From: Paramoeba atlantica
Lineage: Eukaryota > Protista > Discosea
Direction of reading: 5' to 3'
DNA length: 64,000 bases
NCBI GenBank assembly: GCA_977017575.1
Contig: CDRNVI010000154.1
Location: 1 to 64,000, forward strand
Shown here: positions 12,727-25,289 of the stretch, one piece after another
How positions within the stretch are numbered: position 1 is the stretch's first letter
How the letters are laid out: the number at the start of each line of letters is the position of its first letter
The notes under the pieces: model-generated
The model's input: the letters and a program-made list of their open reading frames with translations, nothing else
Told to the model about the DNA's origin: nothing
The model's database searches: none
Made by a program: the position numbers and the translations under genes

Positions 12727-12881
12727 AAAGAGCTTGTGGGGCTTAGAAATCTTATAAGTTTCCTATTAAGATATCCGATAAGATTCTCAATCTGATTTTT
12801 CATCTTATTAGACTCTAATAAGAATCTTATTGAAATCTTATTAAGTAATCTTAAAAGATTTTTAAGCCCCACAAGCTCTTT
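12727..12881. mobile_element. ~150-bp MITE-like palindromic insertion
   Basis: 27-bp inverted repeats AAAGAGCTTGTGGGGCTTA(G/A)AAATCTT; absent from the duplicate unit (empty site CACTTTAAAG/TTTGTAAT at ~13311-13328). Confidence 0.8.
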
Positions 12882-13735
12882 GTAATTTTTTCTATTTTCC
12901 TCTTTGGTGATTTCAAGTATATTGATTCACCAAACAAAGGATTTAAAACTTACTGAAATATCATCACATCATTTGGATTTTTTAGTAACCTATATCATTC
13001 ATTATCATATTCACAAACTATACTTGTTTCAAATCATCAGATTTTTCAAGGTTTTAAAAGTCTATTTATTAAATTTTAAGAAATTATAATCCTTCAAAAC
13101 ACATAAAAAAAAAAATGAATTAACCTTTTTGAATCATTTTCTTCACAACTCACTTTCCAATGGGCAGACAATGAATGAGTTCTTAAATCAGTCTTTTTGA
13201 AATGCTAAATTTGAACTTTTCAAAAGTTCAAGTTCAGTGTTTCAAAAGGTTTATCTTCTTTAATCCATGTTCCTTCATCTTCATTATAAAGAACCTTCAA
13301 AGAGATAAACCACTTTAAAGTTTGTAATTTCTTCTGTTTTCCTCTTTATTTGAGATGTAAAAGCTCTTTTTTTCCATTGTTTTTTATGAATAACAGAAGT
13401 GTTGATGATTGAAAGTTGTTCTATTTTTGTTTGAAAGAAAAATTGAAAAATTGTCATTTAAAAAGAAAGTTAAACCAGGTTGTTTTGTCTTTTTGACTTT
13501 TTTAATCTTTTTAATCTCTTTCCAAAAATCTTTTTAATGTTTTTATAAGATTTGAGTGTGTTCATTTTCAAAAAATTGTCTAATTTATTTATTTTTAGAC
13601 TTTAGAATATGGAAAAAAAAGTAAAACCAAAATAGAAAAGGACATCTTCTCTTTCAAGGGGAGATATTAGCAGTTTGACCAACACTTTTTAACACTTTTC
13701 AACATCTCTCCTATAAAAGTTGTTTTTTTGGTTTT

Positions 13736-14305
13736 TTAAAAATACATTATTTCAAAAAACATCAAAAAACAAATCAAAATCAAAAAAACAAACCTTGAAA
13801 AAACTTCAAACAAAGACCAAAAAAGTGAATGGCAGAAGTGAAAAGAAGTATGAAAGAAAAATACAAGAAAATACAAAAACACAAACACTATCCAAAATAG
13901 AGACTCAAAAAAAGTGCACAATTTTTGAAAAATCAAATGTGGTGATTTTTTAAGTTTTTTAGTCAATTTATTATCTTTATTTAAAAACTCTTTTTCTACA
14001 CTTGCAGCATCCATGTTCTTGAGTGTTGAGATCATAAAATGGCCTTACTTAACATTCATAAAAATTTTCTTTTTAAAAGAAGTCACATGTTTAATTGCTT
14101 TAATAATCTTATTGAAGTTGGAGAGTTTTGGTCTAAAATCTAGTGATTTCACTAACTTTATTAATCTTGATTTAACTCCAACAATAGTTTTTGGGTTCAA
14201 ATGCATGACTAAACCTTAGTATAATCTAATATTATTCCAATCAATTTTATGCAACACATCACTGAGATTTTTGGAAGCTGGGAGGCCTTCCTTGATCTTA
14301 AAAGG
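13736..14305 (-). pseudogene. Degraded ORF of unknown identity
   Basis: About 190 codons in one frame with two stops (PFKIKEGLPASKNLSDVLHKIDW...); part of it is repeated at ~24960-25085. Confidence 0.3.
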
Positions 14306-14412
14306 TTTTTTCTTTCTTTTGTTCTTTTTAATAACTTAAATAAATGATTTACTATCTATTTGTTTTGATCAAGTATTCCTACTAAATGTTTGAACACCAA
14401 AAAAGATTTCAA

Positions 14413-14835
14413 TTTTTTTTTTCTTTTTGAGGTAAACTTGATTTAATTAGTAGTTTTTAATTTAAATTATTTGAATTATATTAAATTATGTTTGTTTTTA
14501 ACCTTTAATAAGAGGTGAAGTTTGAAACTTCAGCTTAGTTCAGTTGGTTTTTGTGTTGAACTTTAGAACTTCTACAAGTTCAAGCTAAAGAATATACATC
14601 AAAAGGAAGAATAATCCAAAGTTTCTTTCAAAAGAATTTATTCTTAACTTTTTAGTAGATAGGGTTGAGATGTAACTTGTTTTGATTTTCACACTTCTTC
14701 AAAAGCTCCTCACTCTAATTAAATCACTTAACAATACTAGAAAAATTTTCTAAAATATTAAAAAACTAAGATTTGAATTCACCTCTTTAAGATTGAATAT
14801 AATTGAATTTATAACTCAACTATAAGTACCAACTC
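14413..14835 (-). mobile_element. SINE-A, old CpG-depleted copy
   Basis: Full-length match to 12038-12463 with many transitions. Confidence 0.88.
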
Positions 14836-15368
14836 AATCATAGTAAATTTAAGAGATTTAAACTAAATTGTTTTTTTGTTCCCTTTGTATTAGTAGTAGA
14901 GATGTGCTACTTTGTATTTTTTTTTGAAAGTTCACTTCACTTCTGTGTTTTAGTTCTTTTTTTATTTATTTTCAATTATACATTAGCTACAAGTAATGAT
15001 ATTTCTACATCACTCTATTTTTAAAAGGGAATATTTTAATTATGTCTTCTTACAAGGATGTAAGAAAATGTAAGAGAGAGAAATTTTAATTATATTCTTC
15101 TTTAAGTAATGTTTTTTTTATTATTTTTTTTGAATTTGTGTAAAAGTATTTTTTGTTTTTAGAAAAAAATAGAAAATAGTTGTTGTTAAATAAATTTTTT
15201 ATTTGATGTAAATATTGAAAAACCTTATTTAAAAAATAGTGGTGTTAGTAAATTACAATAAATAAGCAGTTTAATAGTTCTATATAATAGAAATGTAGTT
15301 ATATAATCAGTTTCTGCTTAGAATATAGGTGGAGAAAAGAGTTATTTTCAAACTAATCAAAAAAAAAA

Positions 15369-16155
15369 ATCAGGTTGGTTCAAGGAAACTTTCCTTGCCC
15401 AATCTGATTTTCTTTCCTTCACCCACCATGTTGGTGAAACCCCGCCTAGTTGAGCACTTCAGAGAAATCTGTTATGTTCAGTGGAAAGAGTACGTCCTCT
15501 TCCCCTAAGGGCTCCCAGAATGGGTCCCACTCTCCCTTGTATTTGAAGAATGAAAAAAAAAATGCAAACCCAAGTAGGAATTCTGAAGAAATTCCAATCA
15601 AATCGACCTTGAAGAGAGTGCCTGAGGAAGGATGGTGGTCATGAGTCAAGAAAGAAATACCGAAGACCTTGTCCCATATTGGAACTGAGGTTAACCCTGT
15701 GAAGAACAACACAATAATCCGCCCCATCTTTGTAATGGGTTCCTTTTGTTTCTATGAAGGAATGCCAAACTATCAAAGAGCAATGGCCACACTCAACAAA
15801 GTCCCTAAGCTGAGAGGGAACTTCCTCTTGTGTGTTATGAAAGGCCACCTCAACGTGGCCACCTTTAACAAAGAAACATGCGAACCCCTGGAGAAAGTCA
15901 TTCTGGAAAATGGTTCCTTCCTCACAACTGGTTTTGGGAAGTCCTTTGTCTGGAAGAACAACCAGGATTGGAATTTATGGGGCTTTAAACTCCGTGTCCC
16001 CTTTTTAATCAAAGGGGAAGAGTGGATCTAAAGATTGTTTATTGGCGAATTTGCTCTTCCTCACCATGGATTAAGAGAGGTGGCTCAGATTAGTGATGAC
16101 TGTATTGTCATCTTCTATGATGTAATCCCTCTTATTCTGACACGTATTATTGCCA
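15369..16155 (+). pseudogene. LINE family 1 5' UTR and ORF1 N-terminal part
   Basis: Reverse-complement match to ~19876-20662; premature TGA at 15642. Confidence 0.9.
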
Positions 16156-18287
16156 GGACAAAGCACTTATGAAAATTCAGGTTAGCTCCAGTCGCTTCTT
16201 CATATTTCTTGAAGGTTGGAGTGAGAGAATTGATGGTTTCAGCTTTCTGAATCACCATCCCCAAGTCATCCATAAAGCCTGATAGGTCTTGGGGGTTGTA
16301 TTCCTTCTTCAAGCTCACCAGGAGGATGTCAAACACAATTACAAACAGAAGGGGGGAGATCGGGCATCCTTGTCTGACACCAGTTCGACTTTGGATTGAT
16401 TCATTGTTGCCTCTCCTCTTGGATCCACCAATATTCGGCAGCCAGGTTACAGATTCTTGAAGCACCTTCTCAACAATATAGATCGCTTGAGGGGGGGCAT
16501 TCAAACCTTTGAGAATATGAAGAAGTGCATCACGATTCACATAATCATATGTCTTGCAAAAGTCTGTTTGGAGGAGGGTCACATCTTTCCCTTCTGCCAG
16601 AGCTTCGTAAAAAGAGTCATACACTGATTTCACTGCTTCGTCAATTGACCTCCCCTTAAACATTGCATGCTGTTCTTTAGAAATTACTCCACTTGCAATC
16701 TCCATCAGCCATTTTGCCCAATATCTCATCACAATCTGATAATCTGAATTGGTAACACTGATTGATCGAAATTGGTCAGAGTGGGGGATATTCTCAACTT
16801 TGGGAATCAAACAGAGTTGGCTCTCACCAAAAGAGGGGGGGAACTCCATAATCTCACCTGCTTGTTGAATTAATTCCACCCACATGTCAAAATACTTTTT
16901 TTGTGTCACCTTATATAAAGAGAAAGGGATACCATCAGGTCCTGTGCTGGTGTTATTGGTTTTTTGAAGAAGTTTATCAACTTTCTTCTTGTCAACATCA
17001 TGTCTCTCAACTGGGGGAAAGTGAGGATGATGGTCAGCAATCAGTTCGTTGAGAGAATCCTTGTTATATGGTCTTTCTGTATTAAGAAGGCTCTCCCAAA
17101 AGTCCTTAATTGCTTTTTTAACCACATGATCATCACGAGAGATCACTCCATCTACAATTACACCTTTAACATGGGGAGAAGATTTATGACCAGGGCGCGA
17201 GGGGTGTTCATCCACAAAAATTCCGAGTTGTTGTTCGAGAACTGCAGTTTGATCCATCCCAGCTTTGATCATTCTAGGAATAGCTTTGATTCTCCATTTC
17301 TTGTCATCTTGAGAACCATTCCATCCTATCACAGCTGTATGAAGAAGTTTGAGTTCCAACAAAGAGAAAGAGTGTATGGCTGAAGTTTTCCTTAAAATCC
17401 TGGTTTTTGCAAGACATTTGATGATTTTCTGGAGTTTCCATAGTTCTTTGAAAAGGTGCTTCTTTCCCTTTGTCTTTCCATAGAGGGACTAATTCCCATG
17501 CCTTCTCCTTGAGTTTATTAAAACAACTGACAGGATCACCTTCCACATAGTCCCCAACTTCATTAATGAGGGCATTAATAAATTTAGGATCTTTAATGAG
17601 GTATTCAGGGATTCTCTTCTTGTTAGATTTCAACTCCCATTCTTTGATACTAGTTCCACCTACGATCATCACATGGTCTTTAAAGCCTGAGGGGATCGCA
17701 TTAACAAAAATTCTTTTGCTAGGAGCGTTCAAGGGAATAAAGACATGATCGATACATTGTCCTTGGAAATGGGTTGGTTCTGACCACCCCAGTCTTGATA
17801 GATTCCAAGATTCAGAGGATTCTGCAAGCTCTTTAAAAGAGGGTTCATTAAGATCCCAGTTGAAGTCACCTCCCAGAACGTTCAGTCCATCTTTGGAGAA
17901 GAATTTTCCAATTTGGTCTTGCATAAAGGGAAGTTTCAGATCGCAATGATGGTAGACATTCATCACAGCATATTCAGTATTGAAGATCTTAGTTCTCAGT
18001 CCAAACAAACCACTCTCAGAGCTTTCAATTGGGTATAGTTCTATATCATGAAGGCCTTCCATTCTTCTGACTCCAAGGGCAAGGCCCCGCTTCCATTCCG
18101 AGAAGGGGTCTCTGAACCACAAATATTTCCTCAAACAATTCTTGAGATGATCGAGATCTTTTTCAGATGCGGCATGGGTTTCTTGAAGCAAAATAAACAG
18201 AGGATGGCAACTTGCAGCCATTCTACAGCAAAGGTTGAGTTTTTCATCATTGTGAACACCATTGATGTTCCATGATAAAATCCTCAT
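16156..18287 (-). pseudogene. LINE family 1 ORF2: APE endonuclease and RT to domain 5-6 (frameshift near 17458, 3' truncated)
   Basis: MRILSWNING, LLQETH, GGDFN, CIDHVF, KDH; TGPDG, LIPK, DFCKTYD, GVRQGCPISP, FMDD. Confidence 0.93.
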
Positions 18288-18574
18288 GTCTGGGAATTTG
18301 TTATACTGATACAGATTTGGAAGCAGCGGCGCAGGGAAGGGAGGAAGGAAAGAAGATGAAGGGGGTTGGGACACCAAGACAAGTGCTTGAGGGGTTGGGG
18401 AGGCAAGGTTTGTTTTTTGATGAAGATCAATAACAGGAGAGTCAGAGGAAGCACAAGGGTCCTTCAGTGGAGGAAAGAAAGATTTTAAATTGTTGTTGTT
18501 TTTCTTTCCTTTCATTCTTTCCTTTATGAAGGGGGGGAAGATGAGGAGGATGAAACATTGCTTGACTCAGGGAA

Positions 18575-20581
18575 TCAAGCACTATCCATCGTCAACACTG
18601 TCTCACCCCATTCTATTTGATGCAAATCTCCAAGAACTGCGAAACTGTTTGAGGCGGGGATCTCTGAAAAAGGAAAAGTCGCTTTTTCCTTCTTGGGGAC
18701 ACTAGTGGGGACACTCTTATCATGATCATTTTCCTTTGTTTTTTCCTCTTCATCTTTCTCTTCTTCTATCTCCTCTTTCCCTTTCTCCTCTTCCCTACTT
18801 TTCTTTTTCTTCTTCTTTGCTGGCTTCTTGGTTACAGGTAGTGGTTTGGTCCCAGTAGAAGTTGGTTCCTTCTCCTCAACTGTTTCTTCCGACACCACCC
18901 TCTTCCTCAGTCTGGATTTCAGCTTTAATTTCAGTTTCTCAACCACCCTATCAATAATGTGGCCAAGGAAGTCTGCATCAAAACTCGATTCCCATTTAAG
19001 CTGTCCTTTTTCCAACTCACTCTTCAACTTCTCAAGGCTATCTTCAGTCCTCTCCCACTCACACTGGAAATTCGCCCCATCTAGTATTTTCCAAGCCCCT
19101 TCAGTGTCATGGATAGTCATTGACCATTTGCTCCCAGAAATTGGATCAGATGAGAATTGAGGTCTGCTCATGTCTGGGGAAATCTCATCCTCATCCTCAA
19201 TTAAAATAACCCCCCTCTCAGCATCAGTTTCAGCAACAATGTCTTCAAGGAAATCCATCATATCTTTTTGAGGGATTGTTAGGGTTTCTGATGTACTGCC
19301 CGAGCGAGATGATGTGGCCAGAGTTTGTGAGGGTGATTCCTTACGAGGTTTAGTAGTCTTGAGTGAAGATTTGGGTTGGTTACTTCTTGAAGGGGCTGAT
19401 TTTTCCTTGGAGGAACCTTCTTGAAGAGCAGTTTCCCTCACGTTTGTGCTTTGATTGACCTCCATCGGGGTTGTAGATGAGGGACGAGGGTCAGCAGACT
19501 TCATTGAGGGTAGTGCCCTCTGATTGGGATTTGGTAATATGGGAAATTGGGACAGAGAGAGATTCGTACCTTGGTTCTCTTGATTAGTTGAGGACTCTGT
19601 AGGAATAATAAATCTTTTATGAGACTGTTCCCTCAATTTCGTGATTGTCACAGGAAGGGAAGGAAATTTCCTCCAAGAGTCTGTCTCATTATTTAACTTT
19701 TTGATGATTCCTCCCTCTCCCTCCTTGTCCACAATCTCCTTTGCACATTTTAAATGCCTTGAGTGTGAAATCTCACACACTTGACAATTTACTTTCTTGT
19801 GAAAGGGACTCATAGGGGTCCACAGAGAGATCCTACCTTGGAACTCATTGTTAATAATAAAAGAACCTCTGTGCTTGGCAATAATATGTGTTAGAATAAG
19901 AGGAATTACATCATAGAAGATGACAATACAATCGTCGCTGATCTGAACCACCTCTCTTAATCCATGGTGAGGAAGAGCAGATTCGCCAATAAACAACCTT
20001 TGGATCCACTCTTCCCCTTTGATTAAAAAGGGGACACAGAGTTTAAAGCCCCATAAATTCCAATCCTGGTTGTTCTTCCAAACAAAGGGCTTCCCAAAAC
20101 TGGTTGCGAGGAAGGAACCATTTTCCAGAATGATTTTCTCCAGGGGTTCACGTGTTTCTTCATCGAAGGTGGCCACGTTGAGGTGGCCTTTCATAACACA
20201 CAAGAGGAAGTTCCCTCTCAGCTTAGGGACTTTATTAAGTGTGGCCATTGCTCTCTGATAGTTTGGCATTCCTTCATAGAAACAAAAGGAACCCATTACA
20301 AAGATGGGGCGGATTATTGCATTGTTCTTCACAGGGTTAACCTCAGTTTCAATATGAGACAAGGTATTCAGTATTTCTTTCTTGACTTGTGACCACCATC
20401 CTTCCTCAGGCACTCTCTTCGAGGTTGATTTGATTGGAATTTCTTCAGAATTCCCACTTGGGTTTGTGTTTTTTTTTTCGTTCTTCGAATACAAAGGGGA
20501 GTGGAACCCATTCTGGGAGCCCTTAGGGGAAGAGGACATACTCTTTCCACTGGACATAACAGATTTCTCTGAAGTGCTCAA
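18575..20581 (-). CDS. LINE family 1 ORF1 (open frame of 668 codons; first ATG ~20557)
   Basis: Lies upstream of the APE; contains CQVCEISHSRHLKC (CCHC-like) and a Lys/Glu-rich C-terminus. Confidence 0.8.
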   Translation of the reverse strand: MSTSEKSVMSSGKSMSSSPKGSQNGFHSPLYSKNEKKNTNPSGNSEEIPIKSTSKRVPEEGWWSQVKKEILNTLSHIETEVNPVKNNAIIRPIFVMGSFCFYEGMPNYQRAMATLNKVPKLRGNFLLCVMKGHLNVATFDEETREPLEKIILENGSFLATSFGKPFVWKNNQDWNLWGFKLCVPFLIKGEEWIQRLFIGESALPHHGLREVVQISDDCIVIFYDVIPLILTHIIAKHRGSFIINNEFQGRISLWTPMSPFHKKVNCQVCEISHSRHLKCAKEIVDKEGEGGIIKKLNNETDSWRKFPSLPVTITKLREQSHKRFIIPTESSTNQENQGTNLSLSQFPILPNPNQRALPSMKSADPRPSSTTPMEVNQSTNVRETALQEGSSKEKSAPSRSNQPKSSLKTTKPRKESPSQTLATSSRSGSTSETLTIPQKDMMDFLEDIVAETDAERGVILIEDEDEISPDMSRPQFSSDPISGSKWSMTIHDTEGAWKILDGANFQCEWERTEDSLEKLKSELEKGQLKWESSFDADFLGHIIDRVVEKLKLKLKSRLRKRVVSEETVEEKEPTSTGTKPLPVTKKPAKKKKKKSREEEKGKEEIEEEKDEEEKTKENDHDKSVPTSVPKKEKATFPFSEIPASNSFAVLGDLHQIEWGETVLTMDSA

Positions 20582-20666
20582 CTAGATGGGGTTTCACCAA
20601 CATGGTGGGTGAAGGAAAGAAAATCAGATTGGGCAAGGAAAGTTTCCTTGAACCAACTTGATTTTT

Positions 20667-23600
20667 AGCTCACCTTTTCAAAGAACTATGGAAACTCCAG
20701 ACAATCATCAAATGCCTTGCAAAAACTAGGATTTTAAGGAAAACTTCAGCCATACACTCTTTCTCTTCGTTGGAACTCGAACTTCTTTATACAACTGTGA
20801 TAGAATGGAATGGTTTTTGAGATGACAAGAAATGGAGAATCAAAGCTATTCCTAGAATGATCAAAGCTGGGATGGATCGAACTGCAGTTCTTGAACAACA
20901 ACTCGGAATTTTTGTGAATAAACACCCCTCGCGCCTTGGTCGTAAATCTTCTCCCCATGTTAAAGGTGTAATTGTAGATGGAGTGATCTCTCATGATGAT
21001 AATGTGGTAAAAAAAGCAATTAAGGACTTTTGGGAGAGCCTTCTTAATACAGAAAGACCATATAACAAGGATTCTCTCGACAAACTGATTGCTGACCATT
21101 ATTCTCACTTTCCCCCAGTTGAGAGACATGATGTTGACAGGAAGAAAGTTGATAAACTTCTTCAGAGAACCAATAACACCAGTGTAGGACCTGATGGTAT
21201 TCCTTTCTCTTTATATAAGGCGATACAAGAAAAGTATTTTGACATGTGGGTGGAATTAATTTAACAAGTGGGTGAGATTATGGAGTTCCCCCCCTCTTTT
21301 GGTGAGAGCCAACTCTGTTTGATTCCCAAAGTCGAGAATATCCCCTGCCCTAACCAATTTCGACCAATCAGTGTTACCAATTCAGATTATTGGATTGTGA
21401 TGAGATATTGAGCAAAATGGCTGATGGAGATTGCAAGTGGAGTAATTTCTAAAAAACAGCATGCAATGTTTAAGGGGAGGTCAATTGACAAAGCAGTGGA
21501 ATCAGTGTATGACTCTTTCTATGAAGCTTTGGCAGAAGGGAAAGACATGACCCTCCTCCAAATAGACTTTTGCAAGGCATATGATTATGTGAATCGTGAT
21601 GCACTTTTTCATATTCTCAAAGGTTTGAACACCCCCCCTCAAGCAATCTATGTTGTTGAGAAGGTGCTTTGAGAATCTGTAACCTGGCTGCTGAATATTG
21701 GTGGATCCAAGAGGGGAGGCAATAATGAATCAATCCAAAGTTGAACTGGTGTCAGACAAGGATGCCCGATCTCCCCCCTTCTGTTTGTAATTGTGTTTGA
21801 CATCCTCCTGGTGAGCTTGAAGAAGGAATACAACCCCCAAGACCTATCAGGCTTTATGGATGACTTGGGGATGGTGATTTAGAAAGCTGAAACCATCAAT
21901 TTTCTCACTTCAACCTTCAAGAAATATGAAGAAGTGACTGAAGCTAAACTGAATTTTAATAAGTGCTTTGTCCTCTCAACTGAGTCTTTCAAACCTGTAG
22001 GCCCCTGGGCTGAGATGGCAAGATCCAATTACTGTGGTGATGAAACTGTATATCTGGGAGTGAGGTTGAGTAAACGGTTATCTCCTCTTAAGGATTGGGA
22101 GAAAGTGATCCTAAAGATGAAGAAAGTTGGAGCAACAATCAAAAAAAGAGGTGGCAATTTTTGCTCGAGAGTAAGGATGGTCAATACCTATCTAACTCCA
22201 TGCATGGGATATTTAGTGAGATTCAAACTGATTCCAAAATCTGTCACCTCCTTGATATGGAAATCCATCTGCTCAACTCTGGGTGCCTATGCCAACACAA
22301 AAACCTCCATTCTTACCTCATGCTATCCTCCCTTGGACTCAAACCCCCAACTGCGCCATCCAATTGTTTTTAACTGGGCCCTCCTCACTTCTCATCCACC
22401 AATGAGGAGCGATTATCAGAGTTCTCTTTCCATTGGAGCCATGCAAAAGGATGCCCTTTTTGCAGCCCAAAGCCTCTCTGCCAAAGTTGTGTTTGGTCAG
22501 GCCACTCAAGTTGCTTATTCCAATATGTCTCGAGTGATCCCCATTGAAATCAAAGATCTGTATGTGGGTGAAGGAAGAGCTAAGTGTGTGGTGTACAACT
22601 TGGCACATGCAATTAGGCTCTAACTTAAGAGGAATTTGATTAAGTTCCTAATAAGAGGGCTGCCTACAAGAGACAAGTTGGCTCACTTCACAAACCAAAA
22701 CTCAAGTTGTTGACTCTGCCACCATGAAAAGGAGTTACGATCTCATCTTCTGGAAGAATGTTCTGTGGCTGAGAGCCTTCTCCAAGCAATGGGAAGGAAA
22801 TGTATTTTGTTGAATGTACCCAGCTGGCAAGAAACTAAGAATGTGTGTGGCCTTGTCTCAAATTTTCTCACCAGACAAGAAACCTCTGTGGTGAGTGTTG
22901 CCCTGTTGAGTTTGTGGCTCACAGTGTGTGCAGAAGGATCGAAATCACCCCAGTATGCTACTGAAATTTTCAAAAAAATCTTGAAAAAGAACAAAATCCT
23001 CCCTTGGCCCCAAGAACCCAAACAAAGAAAGGAACCAAAGAGAAGGAAAGTTTTAAATTTAAAGACTTTCAAGTGTTTTATGATGGTTCAGGCTGTACAG
23101 ACCCTCATCTGGGGGGTGCAGGCTTTGCAGTTTTCAGGGAAGGGAAAGAGATTTGTGGTGGGTTTGAAACCATTCCTCTTGGATCCAACAATATTGGTGA
23201 ATTTACAGGCTGTTTGAAAGGAATGCAATGTGCCAGATCAATGACAAATGAGATTGAAGTTGTCAGGGATTGTATAATTCTCACCAAGGCTGCACCCAAA
23301 ACCCATGCCATCAAAAACTATGTCTTGAATGAACTACTTTGTGAAATCTGTAAGTTAGTAATATGCTTTGATGAGATAGAATTCATCCATGTACCCCGAG
23401 AACTTAACAAGTGAGCTGATGCAATTGCAACTGCTGCAAGTTGATCTAAAGAGGATGGAACATGTGCTATGAATAACCATCATTAGGATTCAAGATCACA
23501 ACATATTGCAGAAACCAGTGAAGAGTGGATTATTTTGAATTCAACCCTGTGGAATTGGATCAATTCCCCCCTCATCTGTGACTGGACTTTCTCCATCCCC

Positions 23601-23882
23601 CCAGGGAATTTTATAAGGAAATTCCAAGGAAACATGGTGACAACCCTCCATGTTTTGTTTCTGGCCCAAACTGCTTTTGAGAATGCTCTAATTTTCCCTG
23701 TAATAATTACTAAAGATATCCAAGAATGGTTTCATCAGTCCCAAGAGAGCAATCTGGTGAGGAGCTTTATTGAGAAAGATTTTCGAAGGAATGTAATTAA
23801 CTTCATAGAAACCTCCAAACCAAATTCACTCCCTGGTTTTAGAAGACGAACAATCAAACGCAGACCCCTTAGTGAGAACTAA
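20667..23882 (+). pseudogene. LINE family 1 ORF2 3' part: RT, CCHC finger, RNase H, C-terminal extension
   Basis: GVRQGCP, FMDD; C*LCHHEKELRSHLLEEC; VFYDGS...SNNIGEF...HVPRELNK*ADAIA; ends ...PLSEN-TAA. Confidence 0.92.
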
Positions 23883-24239
23883 AGTTGATAAAGAAACTCC
23901 AATGCATCCCATGCTGAAGAGATCTTTGGATTTAACTCTTAATTTATCTTCCCTCCCCCTCCCCTTTCTTCCCCCCTCTTTTCCATCCTAGAAATGGTTT
24001 TTTAACTCTAATAAATGGCACCTGGTGTCTGAACCTTAAAAAAAAAAATATTTTCAAACTAATAAGCAAAAAATATCCAATTTCTAAGATGTAACATTAA
24101 AAAAAACTTTATTTCAAATGATATAAGAGATAGAAGATTATAGTTAAACTTTTAAAATTATAAAAGATTTTTTAAAGTTAAATATATTATATAAAAAAAA
24201 AAATTTTAAAATAATATAATTTCAATTTTAAGGTATTTT

Positions 24240-24480
24240 CTTTTTTTTGAAGAATAAAGTTTTGAAAAAATAATTTTAAAAAATAAAGTTTTGAAAAAAA
24301 AATTTTAAAAAAAATTTTTTTAAAAAAAAAATTTTGAAAAATTAAGTTTTAAAAAAAAAATTTCAAAAAATAAAGTTTTAAAAAAAAAATTTTGAAAAAT
24401 GAAAAAAAATTTTAAAAAATAATTCTTTGAAAAAAAAAATTTCAAAAAATTAAATTTCAAAAAATAAAGCTTTAAAAAAG
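24240..24480. repeat. Degenerate A/T minisatellite (AAATAAAGTTTTGAAAAAA-like units)
   Basis: Direct reading of the sequence. Confidence 0.6.
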
Positions 24481-24689
24481 AGAACACTAGAGAATTGAAA
24501 TCACACTATTTTAAAAAAATTTATTTTATACAATAATATTGAAAAACTTTTGTTTTTTCAAAGTGATTTCCACTGGAAAATGAGAAATAATATTGAAAAC
24601 ATGAGTTTTTAGCATTATTACTTATTTAAAACAATTTTTGGAAATTTGAAGTTAAGTCTTTAAAGAATAGATTACTTTACTATAGGTGT

Positions 24690-24928
24690 TTTTTTCTTTT
24701 TAATATTGAACTTTATTAAGTGATGGTTTAATCTAAAGCTACTAATTTTTTAAGATTAAAAATAATAAAAATAGAATTTCACCTCTTTAGGTTCAAATAG
24801 TTCAAAAACCTTTAATTTACTTAAATTCCTTCTCAAAAAATTTATTTTCTGCTTTTTAGCAGATAAAACAAAGAATAATCTATTTTGTTTTTCACATTCA
24901 AGTGAGCAAGAAGAGAAAATAATATTTT
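24690..24928 (-). mobile_element. SINE-B, 5'-truncated old copy
   Basis: Matches the 3' two-thirds of 11037-11360. Confidence 0.75.
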
Positions 24929-25289
24929 TGCTTTTTGTGTTTTCTTCAAATAAAGATCAAAAAAGTGGATGGTAGAAGTAAAGAAAAGTATAAAAGAAAA
25001 ACATAAGAAAACACAAAAAGCAAACACCATCCAAAATAGTAACTAAAAAAAAGTGTACAATTTTTGAAAAATCAAATGTGATATATTATAATATTTTTGA
25101 AAGTAAGTTTAAAAATTTTAATTTTAATAAAACATTTTAGCATTCTTTAAAAAAATATAGCTTTCAAGCAAAATTGTTTCACAGTTTTGCAAATGTAGAT
25201 TTTAGAACTAAAAGCTATAAGAAGTGTTATTATTATGAAAAACATAAGCATGTTCAAAGCAATTGTCCATCTTGAAGATTGAAGAGTCT

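Larger units (their letters stand above)
11874..13347 (+). repeat. Tandem duplication of a ~440-bp unit (11874-12905 with two inserts; 12907-13347 empty)
   Basis: The units align after removing the SINE-A and the MITE from unit 1. Confidence 0.85.
15358..24048. mobile_element. Composite L1-type LINE family 1 insertion: (+) 5' piece, inverted middle, (+) 3' piece
   Basis: Single 15-bp TSD TATTTTCAAACTAAT at 15343-15357 and 24049-24063; poly(A) at ~24038-24048. Confidence 0.88.
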
